From the human T2T-CHM13v2.0 reference genome, Homo sapiens, in the NCBI RefSeq assembly GCF_009914755.1, contig NC_060926.1: DNA of 64,000 nt. The stretch is one strand, 5' to 3'. The notes below the pieces were generated by a model that was given only the letters and a program-made list of their open reading frames with translations, made no database searches and was not told where the DNA came from. The position numbers and the translations under genes were made by a program. This document shows, one piece after another, positions 15,690 to 38,499 of this stretch; position 1 is the first letter of the stretch; every line of letters begins with the position of its first letter.

Positions 15690-16210
15690 CTTCAGTTAAT
15701 GATGCTCATAAGCATGTGCTAGGCATTTAATTAAACACTATATATATATATATATGGAGGATAATAATATATCCTTCAAGGGTGGTTGTGTATAAGTAAT
15801 ATCACATATATATAAAATATATATAGTATATTATATATAATCTATAAAATATATAATATATAGTATATTATATATTATCTATAAATATATATTGTATATA
15901 TTATATATTATATATGATGTTAGTTACATTATATTCTTACATACATATGTGTGTATATATATTATATGCACATACTTATATGCTCAGCCATTGTTTCCAA
16001 AACATCAGCACCTTGCTCTGTTAGCTGGACATTCTAACATTATATATATATAATGTTACTTACACACAACCACCCTTGAAGGATATATTATTACCCTCCT
16101 TTTCACAGAAGAAAACATACTTGGTAAGTAATGTTACCAAGGTCACACATCTAGCAAGTGGGAAAGCTAGGGATTAAACCCAGTCCTGTGTGAACCTAAA
16201 GCTTGTCTTC
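15690..16210 (-). mobile_element. MIR interrupted by a TA-rich complex insertion (~15756-16040)
   Basis: tgtgctaggca on the left; ttttcacagaagaaaac, ccaaggtcacacatctagcaagtgg and aaacccag on the right. Confidence 0.65.
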
Positions 16211-16667
16211 ATTGAAGTAAAGTTTTATCCATCTAAAGCTATCTTTTTTCCCCCTCCCCATATCAATTAAAAACAACATCAAAACACAGTAGAAATGAAA
16301 AACTAACATGAAACCCCTTTAGCTAATGTAAGATCATACAATCAAAAGCATCACATTATTACATTGTAAATAACACCACATCATCTTACAAATAACAAAC
16401 ATCTATCAATATACAGAGCTTTCTATATATAGAAGCCTTTTATGTGTATAATGTCTATAGAGAGAGATGAATCCTGCTATACACTGTTCTTTATGTTACT
16501 CAGTCCAAATAATTGTTTTTCTACCTAAGTGATGATCTGTGTTGATATTTCTCACTATATCCCAGTAATTAAAAGTTAGTCTTCTTACTAATGTAATATT
16601 TGTGACTTGAGTGACTGCTACCACTCTAAAATGACACTCAGGTTTAAAAACAACACAATAAGAACTA

Positions 16668-16805
<138 letters not shown>

Positions 16806-17967
16806 TTATAATCACAAAATTACATATTTATCAACTGAAATGAAAACCTTATGTAAGATCCTGTGAGCTTCAATATATACAATTGAAAGGTCGTAAGAGG
16901 TAGTCCCTTTCTTTTCCCTCCTCGGTGCTTTTCTATGTTCTGCTCCTTCCCCTGGAAACAACCTCCTCTGCCTCACCACAAGAACTCTGGTCATCTCCAA
17001 AACTCACTTCAAACATTTCCCAGTTCCAAGAATCTTTGCTTCTGTCCCAGCATTTAGCATGGCATGTTTCAAGGATTTAATTGTTTCCCACCTGAACCAA
17101 GAGCTTCTTGAGGGCAGCAGCTGTATTTTTTTCTCTATGTCCTCAAACTCTAAGACACAGTAATAAATGTTTCAGGTATTTTTATTAATGATCTAAATTA
17201 TTATCTATAGAGCGGTGTTTCTTAAACTATTAATATATTCCAAAGGATATTTACTTTACCAGAATTTGAACATTATACCCCAAAAGAGAGACTCCATGAT
17301 CACCCATGTTTGAAAAATGTTACAAAACTGTGCATTATGTGTCTAGTATTTGAGAAATCTTTTGAACTTCACCTAATCCCTATTTGTAAATACTTATTTT
17401 GGAGAATGTTAACATTTGAGAAATGAGAGTTTCAGGGATACAGTTGTGAGAGCTTACCAGTAAAGGTAGAGGTTTCCTCTGGGTGATACACACTTGCCTC
17501 ATTCTCTTCTATCGATGGTGTGAGAATCTCAGGTGACAATGTCAGGAGCTCCTGAGCACCTGAGCACCTGACATTGTCATCTGAGATTCTGACACGATTG
17601 ACAGTTCATTTGAAGCCTATCTCTTTTTAATTCGGAGAGCCGGGCTCTGAATTAATAGAGATAGGCTTCGAGTGAACTTTCACTGCTTATTATTAAATAG
17701 TCCATGGGTTTTCTCTAGTAATATTTTTATCTTAGCTGTCAGAAAGCTCTGTATGAAATGTTATTCTCAATTACAATCTTAGGACCCTGATGCAAATATT
17801 TATGTAATTATAATCTTAGGACCCTGGTACATAACTCCTTTAAAAATCTATTTGTATTCTAGTTTCCAATTCATTCTTACCTAACTTATTTTATTTTAGG
17901 TAAAATATCAATCAGAAATAAAAATACAATGGCTTATCAATTAAAGCTCTAATAATGACCTATATGA

Positions 17968-18323
<356 letters not shown>

Positions 18324-21156
18324 AATTACTTGCATTTTTAGGAGGCAATGCTGAAGAGAAAAATATAATGTTGTCTGCAATATGCATAACCTATGCAACT
18401 ATACCATGATTCACCTTAAAAAGCTTACATGCATTCTAATGGGAAGATGATTATTTATGGTATGTATAAATAGTTTATAAAACACCACCATCTAAATTCA
18501 AAAGTTCAACCCGATTACCAAAGGATTTATATAAAATATAGACTCTACATTTAAATAAATATAAAATGTCTTGAAAACCTTGAAATATTTACTAAAATAT
18601 ATTATAAAACAGGGCTTGTAAAGTCATCCCTACAGAGGCAAGGGAGATGACCTGAGGAAGTGAAGTACCTAGGTAGGCACAGTAGCAAAATGGAGACCAC
18701 ATGCCTCATAGAAAGGGGCAACCTCTGCACAGCATCCAAAACCTGAGATAGGCTCAAGGGACACCAGATTGGATTCTTGAAGAGAAGCTTGGAATCCAGA
18801 TCTGTGCACGAGTCTCCTAAACCTTCCATGTTGAGACAATTTGTAGACGCAAACTAAACACATGTATGGGACACATTTGGACTATATACCTTGTATTTTT
18901 ATATTTGCTATGGATATGTCTCCAAGCGATTGTATGTAAAGCAAGTATTTTCATGTAAAATACTTCCTTTCTTTAGTTTCAGATTTTTTTTCCAAAATAG
19001 GCCCAAGAATGCAATAAAAATTGTTACTAAGAGTCATAATACCCACTTTGAGCACTTTTACAACATTCATTCATTTATAATTTATGTTTAATTTTCCCAG
19101 ATTGTTCACCAAATGGATAATTAGTTCATAGGACTGCTGCAACTAAATTATTAAAATAATATTAAATTATAATTCTAGTTTCTATATTGTAACCTAATTT
19201 TTTTTATTTTAGGTAAAATATAAATCAGAAATAAAAATACAATGGCTTATCAATTAAAGCTCTAATAATGACCTATATGTATTCTTTGTATTCTTACTAA
19301 CTTCATGGTTTTCAGTGTTTAAAACTGCTATCCTGATTATGCCACAGTTCTATGTACTTAACTGACATACTGAGGCAGTCCATAATAGAGCTTCAGCTTT
19401 AAAAAAAGGTTTAGAATTTTTTGCTATTGTAATTGAGAGAACCCCGCTTTTAATAATGATGTATTGACCTAATCACCAGAATGATAACAAAGAGACTCAG
19501 AGTCCTGAAAGAGTCAGTCTCTACTTATTAAAAGAGTCCACAATAGCAAATTTCTAATGACCCTATGAATGGCAGTGAATAAGTGATGGTGGCAAAGAAA
19601 AGGTGTTATTCTTATGCTGATAGATACTGCAAATAATAGTCCTTTCCACTTCCCAACCACAGAGGTAGAGACAGGTAAAAGTCAGGCCAATATTATTGGA
19701 AAGGAGAAATTTAAAGGAAGCAGCACCTATCTCCAGCTCTTCTAGAGATTTTTTGTGTGTTTGAGATATGGGAATTTATATTACACTTATCTATTCAGTG
19801 GTTCTTAACCAGCAGCGTATCAGTGTCCCAAGAAATGTTTTATTGTTGTTGTTGTTGTTGTGTTGTTGCTGTTAGAGGCAGTGTCTTAATCTGTTGCTCT
19901 GGCTAGAGGCACCACCATGCCCAGCTTCAAGGAAATATTTTAAAACATACATGCCCAGTAATATTTAATAGTAAATATTAGATTTACTATATTAAAATCT
20001 TCAGGGGATATCCTAGACTTAGAGATTTGCTTTTAATTTCCCCAGGTTACTGCCATGCACAATTCTAACTGCGAACCAGCACAGTTGATAATCACTTCAG
20101 TCTCATTTCTCACCCACGTGGCAAATTCCCTTTATCGTTTGGGATTTGGCCGAAAAGAGGAAAGAGCAAAAGATAGAGCCATTCACTGAAGACTTCATTT
20201 ACTTTTCCTGGGTAGGGGTAGGGAAGAGACTAGTAAGCTCAAAATCCAACTTGATTTTACTATTTATAAGCTCCGTATCTCCCACCTGCCCATCAAGACA
20301 TTCTGGACTTGAGAGTAGAGTTTAGATGCTTATCTGAGTGGCTGTTTCTGCCAGAATTGAATAATGTCCATTAATTATGTGTTCTTCTCTCTGCTGAACT
20401 GTGTGCCGCTTCATCACCACTATTCACTGCCAACCTGGTTTCCTCAGAGTCTTACCAAAATTGATCCCTGGGCAATTTCACAACTCACAAACTCTTTCCC
20501 AAAGTAAGAATAATCATCCCCAAAACTGAAGCGATCTTTGTCTAAACATATAAATTGAAAACAAACAACAAAACACACAAAAACCCTCTCCACAGTATTT
20601 TCCCTCATTACCTAATTTCCAAATTAGCTTGTGCATTTCTGATTGCTCTCCTTTTCTTCATTTTTCCCTCTTAAGCCTTTCCACAGAGGAATCACTTTCA
20701 AATGAAATCACCTTCACATACAACACTTGTCAACAGCAACAACATGTACATTTATTGTGAAATTCTTTAATTTTCTTTGACATTTAAAATAAAGCCTATT
20801 TATAAGGGACAATTTTACTTTCCTGTGTCACTTCACACTGATTAGAAAAAAAGTAATTTAGTGGAAAAACACTTAACTATTACCTTTCCCAAATTCAGTT
20901 GTCATGAATTATAAATTTATTGTAATTCATTTGTTTTTATAGTTATTTACCATAAGTGCATGAAAAAAGGCTGTTCCCTATAATGCTTCTTTAAAAGTTC
21001 CAATATTTAAAGTAAAATCTTAGACAGTTAAGGCATTTCAAAATATTTTCATTCAAGGAATGTTTGAGCTTCCAAATATGAAAAATTGACCCTTACATGT
21101 GTCAATGTTAAAATAAATGCATTTCAGATAGTTTGAAAATAACATTGGTTGACCTA

Positions 21157-21336
<180 letters not shown>

Positions 21337-21487
21337 TCAGTATTAGACCGAGAAACATGCAAATACTGAAAAAATCAAAATAAACACTCCGTAGGATTTC
21401 CTACTAGTTATATGGTGGTATTCCAATGAGATAAATTCATTTTATCCTATGTACTTCAACCAAATCCATCTCATGCTCAAAGAGTCA

Positions 21488-21661
<174 letters not shown>

Positions 21662-23073
21662 TTAGCATGTTATTTCTCTGTCTTCAAAACAAATATGTAA
21701 TTTTCTTGTGAAGAAAGTACAACATTTGTTAGCGCTTATTACTCACCACATTAATGAAAGAGCAGGCTATTTAATAGAAAAGGCTTGGCTTTTGGATTCA
21801 GTTTAATTGGGGCTTAAAATTTACTGTAAGCTCTGTCACTTAGCTGTTATTTAGCCTTTCTTTGCTTCAATTTCCTTATCAATAAAATATGTAAGAGAAT
21901 AGTAGCTAGCCCACAGAACACTGCTGTGATGCTTACATAAGAATCTATGCACAGCATTTAGAACACTTTCTAACACAAATAACAGCTCAATAATTTTTAG
22001 ATATCACTACTTACAAAGACAAAGACATTTTAATTAAGTAAAATGATACAATCATATCTACATTGAGGTATCTATTAAAGATTAGATGTATCATTGTATT
22101 TCAGTCATTCTCAGATGCTCATTTTCTCACTATTCTCTTATATAAGCTACTATTCTCTTATATATTAACATCTCCTGACATTGGAAAACTGTTTACAATT
22201 CATTATTTATTACATTTATAACTGGCAACATTTTAAACATTATCTTATCGATATATAAAGTAATGTGGCATCACCCAATCCGTGATGCCTTACATTAAGT
22301 GGGATACAGTTCATAGAACAGGCAGTTCTATTCATATAATTGGCACCTAAATGAAGTACTGTGGAAAAAGAAGGCAAAAATAAAAAAACAAATTTTTAAA
22401 ACAAAGTAATTCTTACTTCAACTTTCAAAAAAAAATAATCCAAAGAAAACTCAGGATTCAAATGAATAGGTATGGCTCATTTTTTTCAATACTTACAGAA
22501 TGTTATGTAAATTAGGTATTTGCAATGATTAATAGTAGTATTTGAGACTGTCATAAGTTTTTGAAATGGCAGTTAAAGGTTATCTTTCACTATTTTCTAA
22601 CTTCAGAATTGCTTTTGTTTAAAAAAAAAAAAAGGAATAAAAGATCCAACTGGGATTCAGTCCTAATGCTTCCATTTTAAATCTCAGCTTGCTCAGGCTG
22701 GGCAGGTAAACATGAAGTTGTTAAGGGTGGAAGAGTCCTGAGAGATGGTGGAATGTGTCTGCTACATAATAGGTATTCAGGTTATGCTTGATGAATAACT
22801 GGATTGAAAGAATGCATACATACAGTTGGGAAGTTTATTGTGAAAAAAACTATAAATTAAAGCAGTGCTTTTGGAATAGTGATAATCACTTATATTTGCT
22901 CATTTTCATTTTCATGAGGACACTGATAAACTAAAATAATTAATTTAAAATTGTTTCCTTATATGTAATAAAACTATAATAAAAACTTATGTATATACTA
23001 AAATCTATGCATAATAAAATAATCAAGCACAAATAAAAATATTCCCTCTGCCTCTGAAGAGGCTAAAAGTTCA

Positions 23074-23407
<334 letters not shown>

Positions 23408-24527
23408 AAGAAATTAATAATAAAATAGAAACTGAGAATTTTTTTTCTTTGCAAGATTTATATTTCTTCTTTTCCCAAGGATAATTTCATTAATAAAAAA
23501 CATTTACTAGAAGTTTTAAACATGCTGATCATTTATACATCACAGATAAGAAAAAATATCACAATACACCTGCCAGAAAAGAAGAAATGTTATATTTTGT
23601 ACACATATTTGGCTTACTAACACCATAGATTGTTTGTGTGTATGTATAATCAAACCAACTTTTTTTCAGAGTACATCTTCACACCTCAACATACATCTGT
23701 ATCTACTGACATCTGCAAAGGTCCCATATTGTCCCATCCTATGGATGCACTGAAATTTATTGATAAATTTATAAAATTTATAAAATCCACTATAAGGGGT
23801 TTTCCAAATACACTGCTATTTTAAGCAGTGCTGAGAAAAACAAATTGCATGTATCTCTATTTCCTAGAGATATTTTAGTATAACGGAATTGATGGGTGAA
23901 GGGCACATACATTTTTACAGTGTGATACTTACCAACAAATTGTCTATTTGAAAAGTCATCAGAAATGTAAACTTTCAACAGCAGTATATGTACTGCTACC
24001 CTTTACCCTCACAAACTTGTGGATAGAAAACAGTATTTCATTCTTTTTTTAACTTAAATACCTTCTCCTCCCAGGAACACTAAATATTTTTTCCCATGTG
24101 CATAGGTTGCTTGAATATCTGAAAAATAAATGCTTTGCTCTATTTTAAATGAGAGTTCTTGTTTATTTGAAGAATTCTCTGTAAAATGAAAATCACTTTT
24201 TTATCTAATATGTATACACACATATTGTCTTTTGTTAATTTTTTCTTATAAACTGGATTTTTTTTATTTTGCTAAATCGACCTTCAGAATGTGTGCTTGT
24301 GATATTTGTAGGAATATAAACATGCATCAATATAAGTAGGCATTTGTGTTTTTTTCTGTTATCTTTCTTATTTTGTGCATTTAAAATTTTTAATCTACAT
24401 TCCATAACGAACTTATTTCTGTGACATGAAAATCTAGCCAGATTTCTCCAAATAGTTAGCAGGCACTTCATTTATGAGTAATTCATCTTTTCCTACTAAT
24501 ATGAAATGTCACCATTATCCAATTCTA

Positions 24528-24610
24528 TTAGATTGGTGCAAAGGCAATTGCGGTTTTCGCCATTACTTGTAATTGCGGCAAAAACCGCAATTGCTTTTGC
24601 ACCAACCTAA
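24528..24610. mobile_element. MADE1 (Hsmar1-derived MITE)
   Basis: ttagattggtgcaaa...tttgcaccaacctaa inverted repeats, flanked by TA at 24526-27 and 24611-12. Confidence 0.93.
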
Positions 24611-25619
24611 TATATTCTTACACATATTGGTGTGTTCCTGGATTTTCTAACCTGTTCCATTCACTGATTTGTTGTTTCAGCTGTTAGTAAATAACTTGTG
24701 GAAATTAACAGCACATTTTCATATCTAGAAAGGCAAGTCTTTTTTGACTCCATTTCAAAAGTTTTCTTAATGTCGTCACAATAGTAAAAGACAGCATGAG
24801 TAATTCAAAAATGTTAACACTTTGATAACTTTATTTGGATTATGTAAAATTTATAAACACAGAAAGAGCTCAGAACTTTAGAAAAATGTGTCTTTCTATT
24901 CAAGAACACAGACCATCTTCCCACTTCAAAGTTTCCCTCTAAGGTCCCTCAGTGAAAACCAAATTGACATAGGTGTCCATTGATATCAAATAAATATTGG
25001 ATTTTTATCCAAAGAATTTTTAGCCAGGAAGTTGATATATTATGGAAATGATTTCTCTCATTATGCACCTTTCCATAATGTATGTAACATTATGCTTTAA
25101 AATGTGCACGTTAAAAATAAAACGCTGTACATGCTGAATTTTATTAGTGAAATCACTTTAAAATGATTTATAAAGAAGCAGCATGGTGAGTGATTGGAAA
25201 CCAGCTGAAGTTTTGTTTTTGTTTTGCTGCTTGTGAAAATGACCTGGGTGCTCGCCCCCGCCAAGGTTTCCACATCCCAGGTGCGGCTGAGCCTGCCAGG
25301 AAAGAAAGTCCAGCCCCTTTGGTGACAGGACTCGCCCCCCTCACCTCTGCACCCCTTTCCCCCACCCCATTCACCCCCACACCTCACCCCCACCTCCAGT
25401 CCTCTATCCCATTGAACCCTCACCCCATCTCCCCACCCCACACCATCCACGCCCCTACCCCCCAAGCCTTCATTCCATCCACCTCAGCCCATTCACGCCC
25501 CCACCCCATGCACCCCCTACTCCCCACTCCCATCCCCCAACTCACTCCACACCCCGCCACCCCATATACCGCCACTCCCCAGGCCCCGCTCCACTCACTC
25601 CCACCCCAGCCAGGCACCC

Positions 25620-27010
<1,391 letters not shown>

Positions 27011-27790
27011 GCAATCGGGGTTCCCAAGGCTGCTGCTGCCTGCATGCCACTCCGTGAGGAAGTTGAAATACGTGATCTCTAAGAGTCCTCCCAGTTCTTC
27101 ACCTAAGACAAATATAAATCAAGTAACATTCGCTATTGTGATTAGAAAAGCTGCATTTACAGACGTTAGCCACTAGATGGGGACGTGCGATTGTTACAGG
27201 GCTGAAGGCCTATTTATTTTTTATTTGGCCGCTAGAGGGCACGCCTGCACTGCACTTAAAGTTGACTACTTTTAAGGAAAGACAAAAGAATTCTTGGATT
27301 TCTCCATTTTCCTCATCACCTGTGCTTATCAGAGAATTCCAGGGGCAAGCTACCCTTTCCAATTCATCACTAATTTATAAACAAAATTCTAAGGAGTAAG
27401 GAATGCTTCTTACTTCCTATAACATATGTAAGAATGAACGCTCAAAATAAAAGTAATTTATTTAAAACTTGTGTTGAGTAATTATAACTGCAAAATTTTT
27501 GCCCATGTTTTTCATATGCTGTTCATTTGCAAATTATTAGAAATCTACATATTCTGTTCATCTCAGCATTATTTATAACAGGGAAAAATTAGACACTAGC
27601 CAAAAATCTAAAAACAGGGAACAGTAAGGAAAAAGCAAATGGTTCTTTAATCATCATCACTAAAAGTGGTTGTGACTTAAAATAATGACATAAAAGATGC
27701 TTCTCCGCTGTTGAGTAAAACATCAGGATAAATTTAAAATTCTATTTCAAGCTTAACTATATTCATTTAAAAAGAGAAAAGAAATTTTAG

Positions 27791-28302
<512 letters not shown>

Positions 28303-29418
28303 AAGTGCCTCCCATTTCTTGTATTCACCTTTAAAACTCCTGCAATGAAGGACTCCCTCCTCCCTCATCTAACCTATTATGTGTGTGGTGAGTTCTGACT
28401 ATGATATCATTCCTGATGTGAAACCGAAGTCTCTCTCTTCTAAGTCCATCCATTGGTTCAGTTCTGCCTTCTGACAGAGTCCACGCCAGACTTCACATTT
28501 CTCCCAATCTTCTTTGTCCTACAAGGGCTTTCTATTCTTCAAGCTAAAGAGATACCAGTGATTCCATTCGTTCATTCAGTTAACATTTAGGGGCCACATC
28601 TTGTGCTATGTCCTGAGATTTGCCAATGAGCAGAGCTCAGAGTATTGAAAAGACAAACACATACACCAGGCATTTTACTATGCTGTGTTGTGTGTATGAC
28701 AGGAGCACACAGGGCATCCAGGCACCAGTGAGAAGGGCCTTTCACCAGACTTGAGAGGTCAGCAAAGGTGCTCTGAGGAAACACCTTCTAAACTGAGAGC
28801 TGGAAAGAGTGAGGCAGGAAAGCAGTAAGAGGTAGCGTTCTGAGGAGGAAATCTCCGAGGTGGGACAGGGATGCGTATGGAGAGAATGCCCTTCCCATCC
28901 CCACTCTTCATGAAATCTCTACTCTGTCAGGGTCTCTCTGCCCTGTGAGCTGCTTGAGGACAAAGACTGTTTTATAAAAATTTTTATTTCCTCCCTCTGT
29001 CTTCCTTAAACACCTAGCCCAGTGCCTGGAACATAAGAAGCCATAATGAATTTTTGTTAGATGAGTGAAGAGTGCTGAGTAGAGCAGAAATGTCACATGC
29101 CTCAGTTTAAATATGGGTCATCAGTTTTCTTTCTTTTTTAACATAGAAGTCAAGACTTGATCTCTTACAGCTTCGAGATACCGTTAAAGATATAATCATC
29201 CTCATGTATTTGAGCTTTGTTTTCACCCATTATGTTATGACTGCTGTCCATTGTTCCATGACACAATTCTCCATCTTTCTTCATTTTCTTCCATTTCAAT
29301 TAACTCATTTATTTACATGTGGGAATGGAACATATAACGTAAAATCCACAAGTAAGACTTCCCAGATCCTCAGCTTCTTTCTCTGGCATTAGCCACTGTT
29401 TCTACTTTCATGAGCATC

Positions 29419-29814
29419 TGCTATGGTTTGAATGTATCCCCTCCAGAAATCAAATATTACAAATGTGATAGTATTAAGAGGTGGGGCCTTTTGGGAGGTG
29501 ATTAGGCTATGAGGGCTCTGCCTTCATGAATAGGATTAGATATGCTTAGAAAAAGGAATGATGGAGGAAGTTAGACTCCTTTTGCCCTTCAGTCTCCTGC
29601 CATGTGAGGACACAGCACTCCTCCTCTCTGGAAGATGCAGCCTTCAAGGCGACATCTTGGAAACAGAGACCAGACACTCACCTGACAATGAATCTAATGG
29701 CCCCTGGATTTTGGACTTCCCAGCCTCCAGAACTGTGGAAAAAACAAATTTCTGTTCTTTATAAATTACTCAGTCTATGGTATTCTTTTATAGCAGCCCA
29801 AAACAGACAAGACT
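29419..29814 (+). mobile_element. MaLR solo LTR (MSTD/MLT1A-like)
   Basis: tgctatggtttgaatgt...gaggtggggccttt...ttggacttcccagcctccagaactgtg...tatagcagccc. Confidence 0.8.
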
Positions 29815-32251
29815 CTAGGAAATCAATTTGTATTCAGCACATCAACAAAATTCTTTACAAATGGGACCCCCCAATAGGTGGGTGTCACTAAAGAGAGGTG
29901 CCCATAAGCATGAGACAATGACCACGTGGCATGAGCAACGAACTACGATGAATGAGCACATGTTACCACCACTAAAGAAAAAACTTACATGACTAGATGA
30001 CAACAAAATAATTTCTTATAATGAATTTCTCATTGTATTTTTTCTTAACCTTCCCTCCATTTAGTCAGGAATCTGGCTCTGACTCACACCTGAAGGACAG
30101 ACAAGGACTTTTGTTTCCAAAAGCATAAACTGAAAGGAGAACTCGCAGAGTCTACAGAAAAGAGAAAAGACATTTGTCAACAGGGAGTGTTTATTTATCT
30201 TTTTTAACTGGAGGGAAAGAGCAGGGATGAGGAGAGGAGATGCCTTCGGTATTGGAGAAAAACAATATTGTAGAGTTTTCCATCCTGGTACTAATAAAAT
30301 TATAAAGGCCAATAAGAAATGACTGATAGCAATAAAACAAGGAAAGGGGCATAGCCTAATACAGTAAAGAAACTGGTGACTCAAAGAGAGAAAGGAAAAG
30401 AACATTCTGGAGCAAAATAGAGAGGGACAGCATTTAGCTCCTAAGTTCCTCTTCCGTCCTCCAGCCCCACCCTCCACATCCACCTCCAAATCCGGTGATT
30501 TTGAGCATAGTGAAGCACACTGACACTGAAGGGTGTCCTTATACGATCCTCCCCTTGCTGGTGACTGGTGGAAACAGATGCTGGGGAGAAACAGGAGAAA
30601 CAAGGTGGAGGGACATCAGGGTGCACTTCCTCTAAGAGAAGTCAAGGCTACACATGGAATGAGGAAAGCAATCCAATGCCCAGGGGAGTCCTCATGGTAC
30701 TGAAACAGGAAGAGCCATCTGTTGCCCAAGCATTCTAACCAATGCTCAGAGCCCTCAGCTGCCCTTTCCCTCTACTGCCTCCCCATTCCCTTGGGCTACC
30801 AGGAAAAGTGGAGATGTTAATGGGCTCCAATCAAAGGCCACCATGAACACACCTGTAGTTGAAGAAGTGAGTTATTACTGGTTAAGTGAGGGAGAATACA
30901 AACTACAGGGAACGGTGGGGTGTCTCACTAAGAGGACAACAGAAAGGACTTAGAAGATTTGGGGTTGTGTTAGGCAATAATCTGGGAGAAGGGTTTAAGG
31001 AAATGGGGCTTCGTTCTGAATTGGGTGTTGTCACGAAGTGGGGGTAATTCTAGCATAGTAGGGTATCTTAATAAATCTTATGTGGAAAGATGTAAACCTG
31101 CATTAAAGCCTTAATGGGTTAAGGCTATAATTGGTAAAGAACGTTAAAGCTGTAGTTGGTGAAGAAACAGTAGTTACTCATCTTAGCTAGAATAGAGACA
31201 CATTGGTCATTTGTGTGATATGAACAATGCTCATGCTTTGCTCATGCTCAGACATGATTATGAAGAGGTCTTGTTTTTGTCTTAAGTATTGGCACAAAAT
31301 GATATGGTCTGAAGCAGATGTTCTATGGAATTGTTTATGCTCACAAGAGAACATCAACATCCATCTGTGGGTGCCAGGCAGCTCACAGCATCGCCAATGC
31401 CCAGCAGATAGGACCAGGTCAACTCCTGGCTGCCAGACACACCTCTTCTCTTTCTCAGAGGAACACAAAGTACCCAATGCTCATTCTGTAGCTCAACAGG
31501 AAAACACATTCTCAGGTGAGCTGGAAAGAAAGTCGCTCATCTAATAATGACACAATTTTAAAAGACTGGTCAATTCAACTACATCAAAGACAAACAAAAC
31601 AAAATTTTTTGCATGGCAAGAAAAGACTACCACCACAGTCAGAAAACAAATGAAAGAGTGGGAAAATAGGTTTGCAACTTATATCATAGACAAAGGGGTG
31701 CTATCTCTAATATACAAATAGTTCTTACAAATTTAGGGGAAATAGACCAACAATATATTGAAAAAATTAAAAAGATACACAGAGAGATTTCATAGGAAAA
31801 TAATTGGAAGTTGATCTTAAACATGTGAAAAGTTACGCAACATGGCTCATAAGAAGATAAGTGTAAATTAAACATATTTCTATGCTCTGTTGTTAGGTGC
31901 ATACACACATGCAGGATTGTCATGTCTTCTTGGAGAATTGACTCCTTTTTCTTAGGTAATGTCCTTCTTTATCTATGGTAACTTTTATTGCTCTTTAAGG
32001 CTGCTCTGCCTGAAATTAATAGAGATATGTTGGGGGTATTTTTGATAAGTGTTAGTATGGTATATCTTTCTGCATCCCTTTAATTTATGCAGGTGCATCT
32101 TTATATTTAGAATGTGTTTCTTGTAGACTACATATAGTTGAGTCCAACTTTTTAATCTACACTGACAATCTCTTTTATTTTATTTCTGTCTTCCCACCTT
32201 TTATTTTAGGTTCAAGGGGTACGTGCGAAGGTTTTTTTTTTTCTCATATGA

Positions 32252-38419
<6,168 letters not shown>

Positions 38420-38499
38420 TAATTGATTCTTTAATCCATAATCTGAGCATCCACCTTATATGGGATTGCTTTTCATGATGACCACCATGAATGGCCAGA

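Noticed and set aside
30855-31360. Possible old ERV LTR
   Set aside because: It looks LTR-like, but I could not assign a family or boundaries.
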